Counted from the first letter of the stretch, positions 42,005 to 55,062 are shown. The stretch: 58,484 nt of DNA from Pseudomonadota bacterium (GCA_052034445.1 JBPOIN010000087.1:1-58484); one strand, 5' to 3'. Notes: generated by a model from the sequence alone, not told the origin. Numbers and translations are program-made.

Positions 42005-43606
42005 TTACTTGCGGAACATCGCCAGCATGCGATGGGTGACGGCGAAGCCGCCGAACATGTTGACCGAGGTGAGCACGATGCCGGCGACTGCCAGCCAGCA
42101 GATCAAATCGTCCGGCCTCCCATTGCCCAGCTCTGCCAGCGGCGGCGCGATCTGCACCAGCGCGCCGATGGCGATGATGCTGGAGATGGCGTTGGTGACG
42201 CTCATCAGCGGCGTATGCAAGGCGGGCGTGACGTTCCACACCACCATGTAGCCGACGAAGCAGGCCAGCACGAACACCGTGAAGTGGCCGAGGAAGGCCG
42301 CCGGCGCGTTGGCGCCGATGAACCAGAACAGCGCCGCGGCGACGCCGAACATGATGGCCAGCTTGTTGCCGGCCATCGGCGCACCGCCACCGTGACCGTG
42401 GCCACCGGATTTCTTCTCGGGCATGGCGGCCGCCGGCTTGGCGGCCGGCGGCGCCGGCAGTTTGAGCGGCGGAGCCGGCCAGGTGATGGCGCCGTCCTTG
42501 ACGACCGTCAGACCGCGGATGGCATCGTCTTCCATGTTGACGTTGATCGTGCCGTCGCCTTTTTCCTTCTGCGTCTTGCAGAGCTCTTCCGTCAGGCGCA
42601 GCAGGTTGTTCGAGTACAGCGTCGACGACTGCTTGGCGAGGCGCGAATTCAGATCGGTGTAGCCGATGATGGTGACGCCATGCTTGACCACGGCCTGGCC
42701 GGGCTCGGTCAGTTCGCAGTTGCCGCCGCGCTCGGCGGCCATGTCGACGATCACGCTGCCCGGCTTCATGCTCTTCACCATCTCGGCGGTGATCAGCCGG
42801 GGCGCGGGCTTGCCGGGGATCAGCGCGGTGGTGATGATGATGTCGACTTCCCTGGCCTGCTGCGCATACATCTCGCGCTGGGCCTGCAGGAAGCCTTCGC
42901 TCATCACCTTGGCATAACCGCCGCCGCCGGAGCCTTCTTCCTCATAATTAACCTTGACGAACTCGCCGCCCAGCGAAACGACCTGGTCGGCCACCTCGGC
43001 GCGCGTGTCGTTGGCGCGCACGATGGCGCCGAGACCCGCTGCCGTGCCGATCGCCGCCAGGCCGGCGACGCCGGCGCCGGCGATGAACACCTTGGCCGGC
43101 GGCACCTTGCCGGCGGCCGTCACCTGGCCATTGAAGAAGCGGCCGAAGGCGTTGGCCGCCTCGATCACGGCGCGATAGCCGGCGACGCCGGCCTGCGAGG
43201 TCAGCGCGTCCATCTTCTGGGCGCGCGAGAGCTGGCGCGGCAGGGCGTCGATGGCCAGCACGGTGGCCTTTTTCGCGGCCAGTTGCTGCATGAGCTCGGG
43301 ATTCTGCGCCGGCCAGACGAAGCCGATCAGCATGCCGCCTTCGCGCAGCAGACCCACTTCCTCAGGCGTGGGGACGGCCACCTTGAAGACGATGTCGGCG
43401 CTCGCCCAGAGCTTGGCGGCACTGTCAATAATCTCGGCGCCAGCGGCGCGATAGGCCTCGTCGCTACAGTTCGCTGCATCGCCCGCACCCGATTCCACCG
43501 CCACCTTGAAACCCAGCTTAAGGAGTTTTTCAACGACGTCCGGAACCGTGGCGACACGCTTTTCGCCCGGGAATATTTCTCTTGGTACACCAATCGTTAG
43601 AGCCAA
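42005..43606 (-). CDS. pntA: NAD(P) transhydrogenase subunit alpha (single chain), TTG start
   Basis: IGVPRE...[38 protein letters not shown]; RBS GGAGG upstream of the TTG at 43606. Confidence 0.95.
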   Translation of the reverse strand: MALTIGVPREIFPGEKRVATVPDVVEKLLKLGFKVAVESGAGDAANCSDEAYRAAGAEIIDSAAKLWASADIVFKVAVPTPEEVGLLREGGMLIGFVWPAQNPELMQQLAAKKATVLAIDALPRQLSRAQKMDALTSQAGVAGYRAVIEAANAFGRFFNGQVTAAGKVPPAKVFIAGAGVAGLAAIGTAAGLGAIVRANDTRAEVADQVVSLGGEFVKVNYEEEGSGGGGYAKVMSEGFLQAQREMYAQQAREVDIIITTALIPGKPAPRLITAEMVKSMKPGSVIVDMAAERGGNCELTEPGQAVVKHGVTIIGYTDLNSRLAKQSSTLYSNNLLRLTEELCKTQKEKGDGTINVNMEDDAIRGLTVVKDGAITWPAPPLKLPAPPAAKPAAAMPEKKSGGHGHGGGAPMAGNKLAIMFGVAAALFWFIGANAPAAFLGHFTVFVLACFVGYMVVWNVTPALHTPLMSVTNAISSIIAIGALVQIAPPLAELGNGRPDDLICWLAVAGIVLTSVNMFGGFAVTHRMLAMFRK

Positions 43607-43858
43607 AGCATCCTCCCTCGAAGAGTTTTTGCTGTATGCCCATGTCGCATTCGTCATGCGCACGGATTCATTCGTTCACGCTCAACATAACGCACAGTGG
43701 CGAGGCAAACAGTCATCGACCGTCCATTGACGGCAGCGGTTAATCATACTTAAATCCTCAACTATTTCCTAGCGAACAACCACTGCAATCGTCACACAAT
43801 CTTTGCAGACGCCGCAGTCCATCGCCAGCCCACCTGTTCAGCCCCTCCGGAGAATCCG

Positions 43859-44950
43859 ATGTCGGCACGCAACCACCTGAAGAAATCACGCGCCCGGCGC
43901 TCACAAAAAGCCGGCATGCCGCCCGGCTCGCTCGTTGCCGTCGGCGAAGCAAAAATTGAAAAACTCAGCATCACGCTACTGGAGTTCAGCGCTGCGCAAG
44001 TCATCGAAAAATGCTTCGACAGCATTGCAGATGCACAGGCCTATCAATCCCGACTGCCGACGTTGTGGCTTAATGTCTACGGTCTGCCAGATGCGGAAGT
44101 CATGAACGAAATCGGCCGGCGTTTCAATTTGCACCCACTGGTGCTCGAAGACATTCTGAATACCGATCAGCGCCCCAAAGTCGATGACTATGGTGACTAC
44201 CTGTATATCGTCGCGCGCTATTTCGATTACGACACCAAGACCATGTCGGTTTCATCCGACCAGATCAGTCTGGTGCTCGGCAAGAATTTCGTCCTGACAT
44301 TTCAGGAGCGCCCGACGGGCTCGTTCGATCCGGTGCGCGAACGACTGCGTCAGGACCGCGGCCAAATCCGTCACCATGGCGCCGACCATCTGGCCTACGC
44401 ATTGCTGGATGCGCTGGTCGACCGCTACTTTCTGGTGCTGGAACAAATCGACGAAAAAACCGAGATGCTTGAAGATGAGCTGATGCGTCAGGCGACGCCC
44501 AATATTCTGCACACGCTGCATCAGCTCAAACGCGAAACCCTCACCCTGCGGCGCGCCGTCTGGCCGCTGCGCGAGGTTATCGCCACGCTGATCCGCAACG
44601 AAGGCAGCTTCTTTCAACCGGAAACCACACCGTATCTGCGCGACATTTACGACCATACGGTGCATGCCATCGAATCGCTCGAAGCGATTCGCGACCTGAT
44701 CGCCGGCATGCTTGACATCTATCTATCCAGCATCAGCAATCGGCTCAATCGGGAAATGCATGTCCTGACCGTGGTCGCCCTGGTCTTCATGCCAGCCACC
44801 TTGTTGAGCGGCATTTTCGGCATGAACTTCCGCAGCATGCCGCTACTCGACAATCCACAAGGCTTTTATCTGGTCATCGGGCTCATGGGGTTCATTGCCA
44901 GCACCTTTGCAGTGGCGTTCTGGCTCAGACGACACCAACGCAACGAGTGA
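43859..44950 (+). CDS. corA: Magnesium/cobalt transporter CorA
   Basis: HPLVLEDIL, QRPK, GMN signature (GIFGMNF), two C-terminal TMs. Confidence 0.95.
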   Translation: MSARNHLKKSRARRSQKAGMPPGSLVAVGEAKIEKLSITLLEFSAAQVIEKCFDSIADAQAYQSRLPTLWLNVYGLPDAEVMNEIGRRFNLHPLVLEDILNTDQRPKVDDYGDYLYIVARYFDYDTKTMSVSSDQISLVLGKNFVLTFQERPTGSFDPVRERLRQDRGQIRHHGADHLAYALLDALVDRYFLVLEQIDEKTEMLEDELMRQATPNILHTLHQLKRETLTLRRAVWPLREVIATLIRNEGSFFQPETTPYLRDIYDHTVHAIESLEAIRDLIAGMLDIYLSSISNRLNREMHVLTVVALVFMPATLLSGIFGMNFRSMPLLDNPQGFYLVIGLMGFIASTFAVAFWLRRHQRNE

Positions 44951-44958
44951 AAAACGGA

Positions 44959-44981
44959 CATTGCCATTGGTCTTGGCAATG
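44959..44981. terminator. Hairpin between convergent corA and the small hypothetical gene
   Basis: CATTGCCA-N7-TGGCAATG with a minus-strand T tract. Confidence 0.45.
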
Positions 44982-44983
44982 CC

Positions 44984-45223
44984 TCACCGGCAATGTTTCT
45001 CTCGCTGCACCCGCTTGACAGCGTTCAGAAAAATCCGCACGTCTTCGCTGCTGGCTTCAGGAAAGTGTTCGCGCAAGGCATGATATGCCAACTGTTCGAG
45101 CGGCTGACCATCCCATGTATTCGCCGGGTCAAAGAACGGCTCAACCATGCTGCAAGCAGCCTCAAAGGCATCCCGTAAACGGGGGTTTCTCCGCCGTTCC
45201 AGCGGTTTTCCAGTTTCAGCCAT
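44984..45223 (-). CDS. Small hypothetical protein (79 aa)
   Basis: RBS-like AAGGAAG, ERRRN motif, helical pattern; fills the gap after cytochrome c4. Confidence 0.6.
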   Translation of the reverse strand: MAETGKPLERRRNPRLRDAFEAACSMVEPFFDPANTWDGQPLEQLAYHALREHFPEASSEDVRIFLNAVKRVQREKHCR

Positions 45224-45300
45224 GCTGCTTCCTTTCTTCCCGTTGTGGCTCCACAAGGTCAGCCATCCACCAGACAATCTGGCGGGAAAATCAGGTCAAG

Positions 45301-45978
45301 TCAGCGCAAACCCGCGACATAATCCGAAACAGCCTTGATTTCTGCATCGGTCATCTTGATCGCGACCATGCGCATCATCTTGGCGGGATCATTGGTGCGC
45401 GCCTTGTCGTTCGCGGCCGGCACTTGGGCGCCTTCACGGAAAGACCTCAGTTGCGTCTCGACGTACTCGGCAAACTGACCGCCAATGCGCGGGAATTGCC
45501 CCGGAATGCCAGCGCCCGTGGGACCATGGCAACCCGAACAGGCCGGCAGCCCCTTGCTCTCGTTGCCGCCGCGATACAGCTGCTGACCGAATTCGATGGT
45601 GTCGCGATTCTTCGCCACCTCGGGCTTGAGCTTCTGCTCGCTCAGGAAGGCCGCGATATCGCGCATCTGCTCTTCATTGAAGGCGGCGATCATGCCGTTC
45701 ATGACCGGATTGACGCGTTCGGGCTGTTTGCCGCCGTCACCCTTGAAGTCCTTCATCTGTTTGAGCAGATATTCCGGATGTTGCGCAGCCAGTTTGGGGT
45801 TGGCGGCAATCGCGCTGTTGCCATCGACAGCATGGCAGGCTGCACAAACCGCCGCCACGATCTGCTGCCCCTTGGCTGGATCCGCCTTGGCAGACACAGC
45901 AGCGTGGTCGGCGGCAAAAAGGCTGGTGGCGGCAGTAGCGCCAACGACCAGCAGCAGCGGCAACAGAACGCGTTTCAT
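45301..45978 (-). CDS. Cytochrome c4 (dihaem)
   Basis: Signal peptide, CAACH and CSGCH; canonical position divergent from engB. Confidence 0.92.
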   Translation of the reverse strand: MKRVLLPLLLVVGATAATSLFAADHAAVSAKADPAKGQQIVAAVCAACHAVDGNSAIAANPKLAAQHPEYLLKQMKDFKGDGGKQPERVNPVMNGMIAAFNEEQMRDIAAFLSEQKLKPEVAKNRDTIEFGQQLYRGGNESKGLPACSGCHGPTGAGIPGQFPRIGGQFAEYVETQLRSFREGAQVPAANDKARTNDPAKMMRMVAIKMTDAEIKAVSDYVAGLR

Positions 45979-46069
45979 CGTGACACTCCTCGAATCTTTG
46001 GATGGCATAAACCTGTTATTCTATAACATTCAGCCTTTGTTCTGCCTGTTTGCGGACTCGCCTTCCACC

Positions 46070-46774
46070 ATGTCGTCGCCTACCTTGTTCCGCCACGCAG
46101 TTTTTGAAACTTCCGTCGCAAAATCCGGCAATTTGCCGCGCCCTTCGGCTGACGCCCCTGAAATCGCCTTCGCCGGACGCTCCAACGCCGGAAAGTCCAG
46201 CGCACTCAATACGCTGGCGGGACATACCCGCCTGGCTTTCGTGAGCAAAACCCCCGGGCGCACGCAACTCATCAATTTTTTCCGTTTGCAAAACGGTGCG
46301 CGCCTGGTCGACCTGCCGGGCTACGGTTACGCCGCCGTACCGCTGGAGGTGCGCAAGCAATGGCAGGGATTGCTCGAACATTATCTGCGCCGCCGTGAAA
46401 ATCTGATCGGTCTGGTCCTGATCATGGATGCACGCCGCCCCCTGACCGACCTCGATACCCAGATGATCGACTGGTTCGTGCCGACCGCCAATCCGATCCA
46501 CATCCTGCTATCCAAGGCCGACAAGCTCTCGCGCCAGGAAGCCGCCTCGATCCTGCGCGAGGTGCGCAAGACGGTCGGCGTGTATGGGGAGCAGATTACG
46601 GTCCAACTGTTTTCGAGCCTCAAGAAAACCGGCATCGAAGAGGCGGAGCGGGTGATCGGCTCATGGCTCGATACGGCGCTGAGCGCGCCTCACGCCGAGA
46701 CGCCAGCGCTTGCGGAGCCCGAAAAAGAAGGGCCCCCGGCCAAAGGGGAGGAGACCGGGGGCCAGTTGTCCTGA
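46070..46774 (+). CDS. engB: Ribosome biogenesis GTPase EngB/YihA
   Basis: GRSNAGKS, SKTPGRT, DLPGYG, SKADK. Confidence 0.95.
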   Translation: MSSPTLFRHAVFETSVAKSGNLPRPSADAPEIAFAGRSNAGKSSALNTLAGHTRLAFVSKTPGRTQLINFFRLQNGARLVDLPGYGYAAVPLEVRKQWQGLLEHYLRRRENLIGLVLIMDARRPLTDLDTQMIDWFVPTANPIHILLSKADKLSRQEAASILREVRKTVGVYGEQITVQLFSSLKKTGIEEAERVIGSWLDTALSAPHAETPALAEPEKEGPPAKGEETGGQLS

Positions 46775-46845
46775 TGCGACAGAATGTGGCGTCAGGACGC
46801 CCGCTCAGGGAGGGTAAGCGGGAGACGGTTCATCCAAACCATCTG
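46722..46845 (-). ncRNA. Small RNA, anti-hemB-motif-like (three stem-loops plus terminator, CU-rich anti-SD loops)
   Basis: Minus-strand stems at 46823-46844, 46800-46822 (loop ACCCUCCCU), 46768-46798, and terminator 46731-46763 (loop UCCUCCCCUUU) followed by CUUCUUUUU; upstream of and opposite to hemB. The 5' end is inferred from the promoter. Confidence 0.75.
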
Positions 46846-46850
46846 TTTCG

Positions 46851-46878
46851 TAAGAGCGTCGAAAACCCCGATAGTTCC
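46851..46878 (-). promoter_or_regulatory. Putative sigmaE (RpoE/AlgU-type) promoter of the sRNA
   Basis: Minus strand GGAACTA-N16-TCTTA, compared with the consensus GGAACTT-N16-TCnnA. Confidence 0.55.
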
Positions 46879-46914
46879 CCAGCAATTTCTTGTTTGAAGC
46901 CCTTTTACAATTAA

Positions 46915-47949
<1,035 letters not shown>

Positions 47950-47966
47950 AAAGCGGAGCCGACCGC

Positions 47967-48545
47967 TCAATAGTTGGCCAGCATGGGCCACTGCTGCGGC
48001 CATTGCGCCAGCGGATCGTCCTTGAATCCGCTCTTGACGAACTGGTGCCAGCGCCCCAACGCGTAACACCGCAGCAGATTGGCATGCGCCGCAAAATCGT
48101 GTTCGGCAACGAACACGCCCTGGGTCGCCGCCACCCTGAGCGACTGCTTGAGCGAAGCTTCGACGCGGTCGAGCAACTGGTTGATGCGCAGTTGCAGCCG
48201 CTCATTTTCGTTGACCAGCGCATCGCCGATCAGCACGCGCGTCAGGCCGCGATTCTTCTGCGAGAAACCAAGCAGCATCGCAACAATCATTTGCACCTGT
48301 TTGATCCCCGCATCCTCTTCCGTGGAGATACGGTTAATCACCGTGAACAGGCTCGACTCAATGAATTCGATGAGTCCCTCGAACATTTGCGCCTTGCTGG
48401 CGAAATGCCGGTATAACGCCGCTTCCGAAACATCCAGACGCTTGGCCAGCGCGGCCGTGGTGATTTTTTCCCCTGCCGGATCCTGCAACATTTCGGCGAT
48501 GACTTGAAGAATCTGGAGCTTGCGCTCGCCCGGTTTACTGGCCAT
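47967..48545 (-). CDS. slmA: Nucleoid occlusion factor SlmA (TetR family)
   Basis: ITTAALAKRLDVSEAALYRHFASK, MFEGLIEFIE; argB-nucleotidase-slmA synteny. Confidence 0.92.
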   Translation of the reverse strand: MASKPGERKLQILQVIAEMLQDPAGEKITTAALAKRLDVSEAALYRHFASKAQMFEGLIEFIESSLFTVINRISTEEDAGIKQVQMIVAMLLGFSQKNRGLTRVLIGDALVNENERLQLRINQLLDRVEASLKQSLRVAATQGVFVAEHDFAAHANLLRCYALGRWHQFVKSGFKDDPLAQWPQQWPMLANY

Positions 48546-49227
48546 ATCCATTCCTTGAGTGAGCGAGGCCGCAATTCATGCGGCCCATGTTCAAAAGCCC
48601 CGCCTGCCGCGGCAAATCGAGCACGGATTTTAGCCGCACATCGACCCAGGCGGGCGCAGACGCTGCATTGCCGATCAGTACCGTGCGCATGCCCAGCATC
48701 TTGGCGGTTTTGAGGTTTTCGGCACTGTCTTCGACCATGATGCAACGCGCGGGCGCCAACCGCTCCGCTTTCAGCAAACGCAGAAAACCCTGCACTTCGG
48801 GCTTCGGCCGCAAACCCAGTTGCTCAATGGCATACACCGCATCGAACAGCCGCTCGATGCGCAGGATTTTCAGGACTTGCTCGGCATAATGCAGCGGCGC
48901 ATTCGTGAACAGGATCTTGCGCCCCGGCAAACGCTTCAGCATGGCACGCAAACCGCGCTCGAACACCACCATGCGCTCGAGTTGCGGAAACTGATGGGTA
49001 TACCGGAGAAAATGCGCCGGATCAGTGTTGTGCAGGCGCATCAGCCCGGTCAGGGTCGCACCATAACGCTGCCAGTAATCGATACGCAGGCGGTCGGCTT
49101 GCGCCTCCGGCAGAGCCAGCGTCTCGGCCACATAGTTCGTCATGGCGCGATTGATGTGCGGAAAGATATGCGGCCTGGCATCGTGCAGTGTATTGTCCAG
49201 GTCAAACAACCAGACCCGCGCACTCAT
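48535..49227 (-). CDS. HAD-family pyrimidine 5'-nucleotidase
   Basis: FDLDNTL, YGATL, FTNA, KP, MVEDS. Confidence 0.9.
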   Translation of the reverse strand: MSARVWLFDLDNTLHDARPHIFPHINRAMTNYVAETLALPEAQADRLRIDYWQRYGATLTGLMRLHNTDPAHFLRYTHQFPQLERMVVFERGLRAMLKRLPGRKILFTNAPLHYAEQVLKILRIERLFDAVYAIEQLGLRPKPEVQGFLRLLKAERLAPARCIMVEDSAENLKTAKMLGMRTVLIGNAASAPAWVDVRLKSVLDLPRQAGLLNMGRMNCGLAHSRNGYGQ

Positions 49228-49252
49228 GCGTCGACGATCCTGCGCACGAATC

Positions 49253-50152
<900 letters not shown>

Positions 50153-50191
50153 TCAGACAGGAGCGTGATTCTAGCGCGCATGCCGCCAATG

Positions 50192-50227
50192 AAAAAGCGC
50201 GGCATCCGCTTTCGCTCGATGCCGCGC
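50192..50227 (-). terminator. Intrinsic terminator after hsp20
   Basis: 10-bp stem GCGCGGCATC/GATGCCGCGC followed by TTTTT on the minus strand. Confidence 0.75.
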
Positions 50228-50263
50228 CTGCCTGCACTGCCCTGCTGGCAGAGCGTCGATCAC

Positions 50264-50680
50264 TTACTCGATATTCAGGCGCTTGCTGACTGAAGCCGTC
50301 TTCTTCGGCAAGGTCAGTTCCAGCACGCCATCGACAAACTTGGCCACAGCCTTGGCGTCATCGACATCCTGTGCCAGCTGGAAGCTGCGCGAAGTCTTGC
50401 CGAAATGGCGTTCGCAACGCAACACCCGCTCGCCCTCCTTGACGTCCTTTTCCTGCTTGCGCTCGGCGCTGATTGAAACCAGCCCACCTTCGACATGCAC
50501 ATGAATATCTTCTTTCTTGACGCCGGGCAATTCGGCATGCACGACATATTCGTTCTTCTGTTCTTTGACATCGACCTTGATTTGAGGCGCCTCGGCTTCA
50601 AGCGCACTGTAATCCACCGGACGCACGAAGAAACCCCGGAAAAAATCATCCAACGGGTCGTAGCGGGTCACTTTGTTCAT
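50264..50680 (-). CDS. Small heat-shock protein (Hsp20/alpha-crystallin)
   Basis: AELPGVKKEDI, ER..G...RSFQL, A.F.DGVLELTLPK. Confidence 0.93.
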   Translation of the reverse strand: MNKVTRYDPLDDFFRGFFVRPVDYSALEAEAPQIKVDVKEQKNEYVVHAELPGVKKEDIHVHVEGGLVSISAERKQEKDVKEGERVLRCERHFGKTSRSFQLAQDVDDAKAVAKFVDGVLELTLPKKTASVSKRLNIE

Positions 50681-50765
50681 GATGCTCTCCTGTAGTTGAT
50701 GAGGGTTTGAAGAAAAAAAGCGGACGAACCGTCGTCATGACGACGACACATCGTCTACGAAGCCA

Positions 50766-50794
50766 AGATAGGTCTTGTGGGTAGGGTTTTCAAG
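50766..50794 (-). promoter_or_regulatory. Putative sigma32 promoter of hsp20
   Basis: Minus strand CTTGAAA-N14-ACCTATCT, compared with the consensus CTTGAAA-N13-17-CCCCATNT. Confidence 0.65.
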
Positions 50795-50831
50795 AGGCAG
50801 CGGCAAAAATCGCCTCGCCAGTGACCGGTTA

Positions 50832-51296
50832 TCAGCCGAAAAAGGACTTTCCGGCAGCCAGCATGAGGATGGCGTCGCGGTTGCTCCAGGAAAACACCTG
50901 ACGCGCAGCCTCGGGGGCAGGAAGCCAGCAATATCCGCGATGCTCAACTGGCGCAATGGTTATCTTTTTCTCGCGCGGCACGCAGATGCTGAACACGTGT
51001 TCGAGGTTATGCGTGACGCCGGGCGCATAACGATGACGCCATTCGGCAAAGATTTCATAGCGATTCGAGAGGCGCCAATCGCTCAACTCAGCGGCTGGAA
51101 TCAGGATGCCGGTTTCTTCCTGCAATTCTCGTTGTGCAGTTTCGCGTAGCGTTTCATCGCCCTCCTGACTGCCCGTAACGGATTGCCAAAACCCCGCATG
51201 CGCGGCACGTTCAAGCAACAGGATCTCGTGTTCTGGTGTATGGATCAGAACCAATACCGAGACCGGCCGTTTGTGCCGAGAAACCTCCGCCTGCAT
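50832..51296 (-). CDS. nudB: Dihydroneopterin triphosphate diphosphatase
   Basis: KRPVSVLV, FWQSVTGS, RELQEETG, WRHRYAPGVTHN.EH, SWSN. Confidence 0.93.
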   Translation of the reverse strand: MQAEVSRHKRPVSVLVLIHTPEHEILLLERAAHAGFWQSVTGSQEGDETLRETAQRELQEETGILIPAAELSDWRLSNRYEIFAEWRHRYAPGVTHNLEHVFSICVPREKKITIAPVEHRGYCWLPAPEAARQVFSWSNRDAILMLAAGKSFFG

Positions 51297-51309
51297 GATG
51301 TTCCCTGCC

Positions 51310-51789
51310 TTACTGGCTCTCCAGGCCAGGCAACCAGGCAATGCCGTCGGCCTGCATTTCGACGAAACACCAGAACGCAATCCCGCGCTCGCGCCATTCG
51401 ACGGCTGCATTCTCGAACACCTGCAATGCAGTCGCGAGCTCTTCGGCGGTGTGCGCCTGCAGCATGTCGCAATGTTCGAGAATCACAAGATAGCCCTCAG
51501 CCGGGCACCAGCCCATGTCGCCCAGGCAATCGGCGAGCGCATCAAGGTTGTAGCCGAACCATTCGGGGAACCCCATGGCGCTACCGATCGCACCGAGCAG
51601 CTTGTCCAGCGTATTGGCGTGCCGCAGATCGATGCGAAAAACCTTGTAGCCGCAAGCCTCGGCAGCGGCTACCGCGGTGGCGTGCTGAGTTGATGAAGAA
51701 GACCAGTGCGGCAGATGAAATACGCCAGCCCGGCTGACATCCGACAATAGTTTCTCGAATTGGTGCTGTTGCTGCGCCTGACTGCTCAT
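51310..51789 (-). CDS. Barstar-family RNase inhibitor
   Basis: FPEWFGYNLDALADCLGD motif; 4-nt overlap with the RNase gene. Confidence 0.88.
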   Translation of the reverse strand: MSSQAQQQHQFEKLLSDVSRAGVFHLPHWSSSSTQHATAVAAAEACGYKVFRIDLRHANTLDKLLGAIGSAMGFPEWFGYNLDALADCLGDMGWCPAEGYLVILEHCDMLQAHTAEELATALQVFENAAVEWRERGIAFWCFVEMQADGIAWLPGLESQ

Positions 51790-52148
51790 TCCGTCACCCT
51801 CCGGAAACTGCGGTAATGATCATCCGTATAGTAGCGCTCGCTCGCGGCACTAGCAGCGATCAAACGCCGCGCGCCGCGATTGCGGCTGCCTGGTGTCGGC
51901 ACGGTGTATTCGTGGTAATAACCGCGCGGCCGCAGCGGCAAGCGTTTTTCATAATTGCCAAACACCACGCCATCACGGGCATAGGGAAACGGCCCGCCGC
52001 GTTCAATGAGGTCCAATGTGTGGCGCGCTTCGGGCGGCAACTCCGCGCGCGTGACGCTCTCGACGACCGCCGCCGCACCTGCGGCGGCCTGGACGACGCC
52101 AAACAGCGTGTTGCAGGCCAGCCAGCAGATCAGCAACAGACGCCACAT
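51786..52148 (-). CDS. Secreted guanyl-specific ribonuclease (RNase Sa/barnase, N1/T1 family)
   Basis: Signal peptide, GGPFPYARDGVVFGNYE, YHEYTV (Glu), RGARR, YYTDDHY (His). Confidence 0.92.
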   Translation of the reverse strand: MWRLLLICWLACNTLFGVVQAAAGAAAVVESVTRAELPPEARHTLDLIERGGPFPYARDGVVFGNYEKRLPLRPRGYYHEYTVPTPGSRNRGARRLIAASAASERYYTDDHYRSFRRVTE

Positions 52149-52180
52149 GGAAGGGAACCCCCCTCCAGTTACGCGGCGAG

Positions 52181-53983
<1,803 letters not shown>

Positions 53984-54052
53984 GTTGCTGATTCCGTTCC
54001 TGGATAAGTGATGGCGCCGACAATGCGGCAGAAACCGGGGATGAATTGACGA

Positions 54053-54721
54053 TTATTCGTTCTGCGCACGGCCCAAAGGATTGTCGATAGGAAAACCAGC
54101 GGGCGCAGAATTCAGAATGTGCGAGGCTGGCGCCACGACCCCCATCGAAATAATGTATTTGAGCGCGTCGTCGATGCTCATATCGAGCTCGAAAGCCTCG
54201 CTCTTCTTGACGAAAAAGAAAAAACCATTCACCGGGCTTGGCGCAGTGGGAATAAACACCCCGATGTACTCGTCTTGCAATTGATTGGCGATGCACTGCG
54301 TCGGCGAGCTGGTCTGGAACGCCACGGACCAGGCGCCCTGATGCGGATACTGCACCAGCAACACCTTGCGAAATGCATCACCGCTACCGGAAAACAAAGT
54401 ATCGCTGATCTGCTTGACGCCGTAATAGATCGACTTGACGACTGGAATCCGCCAAAGAACCCCTTCCCAGAACTGCACCAGACGCTGGCCGATGATGTTG
54501 GCGGTCACCAGACCCGTGACGAAAACCACGAGCAAGGTCAAGATCACTCCGATCCCGGGGATATACATGCCAATCAGGGTCTCTGGACGAATCGCCTGCG
54601 GCAGCAATAGCAACGACTGATCCATGGTGCGAACAATCATCGACAGCACCCAAGCGGTAATCGCCAGTGGAATCCAGATCAGCAGTCCGGTGATGAAATA
54701 TTTTTTCAGCAAGTGCGTCAA
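54053..54721 (-). CDS. DUF502 membrane protein
   Basis: KKYFITGLL, RIPVVKSIY, VFIPTAPSPVNGF, ALKYIISMG; usual neighbour of aspS. Confidence 0.88.
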   Translation of the reverse strand: MTHLLKKYFITGLLIWIPLAITAWVLSMIVRTMDQSLLLLPQAIRPETLIGMYIPGIGVILTLLVVFVTGLVTANIIGQRLVQFWEGVLWRIPVVKSIYYGVKQISDTLFSGSGDAFRKVLLVQYPHQGAWSVAFQTSSPTQCIANQLQDEYIGVFIPTAPSPVNGFFFFVKKSEAFELDMSIDDALKYIISMGVVAPASHILNSAPAGFPIDNPLGRAQNE

Positions 54722-54798
54722 GTGAGCGGGCCTACAGAGGGCGAAGACATGTCAGAAAAAGCACGGCGGGCATCGAAAACCTGGTCGTTCTGGCCGTT

Positions 54799-55062
54799 CT
54801 AATGGCTCGGACAGGCTCCGTTCCCGCCTTGACAGGGCGGCAGCTCGGCGGGGCCTTCCGCACGTGGAGCAGGGCATGAACCACCCTTGAAATCAGTCGC
54901 ATACCAACCATTGCCCTTGAGCTGAAATCCTGGCGCCGTCAATTGCTTGGCAAAGCTCTCGGCATTGCAAACCGGGCAGGTGGTGAGCACGGGATCGCTC
55001 ATTTTCTGCAGAACATCGGCTTCATGGTTGCAGCTACTGCAACGATAGGCGTAAATAGGCAT
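54799..55062 (-). CDS. FmdB-family zinc-ribbon protein
   Basis: MPIYAYRCSSC...CPVC, FQLKGNGWYATDF. Confidence 0.9.
   Translation of the reverse strand: MPIYAYRCSSCNHEADVLQKMSDPVLTTCPVCNAESFAKQLTAPGFQLKGNGWYATDFKGGSCPAPRAEGPAELPPCQGGNGACPSH

Noticed and set aside
41969-43600. 543-aa plus-strand ORF (and 55957-57459, 500 aa)
   Set aside because: Antisense shadows of pntA and pilC.
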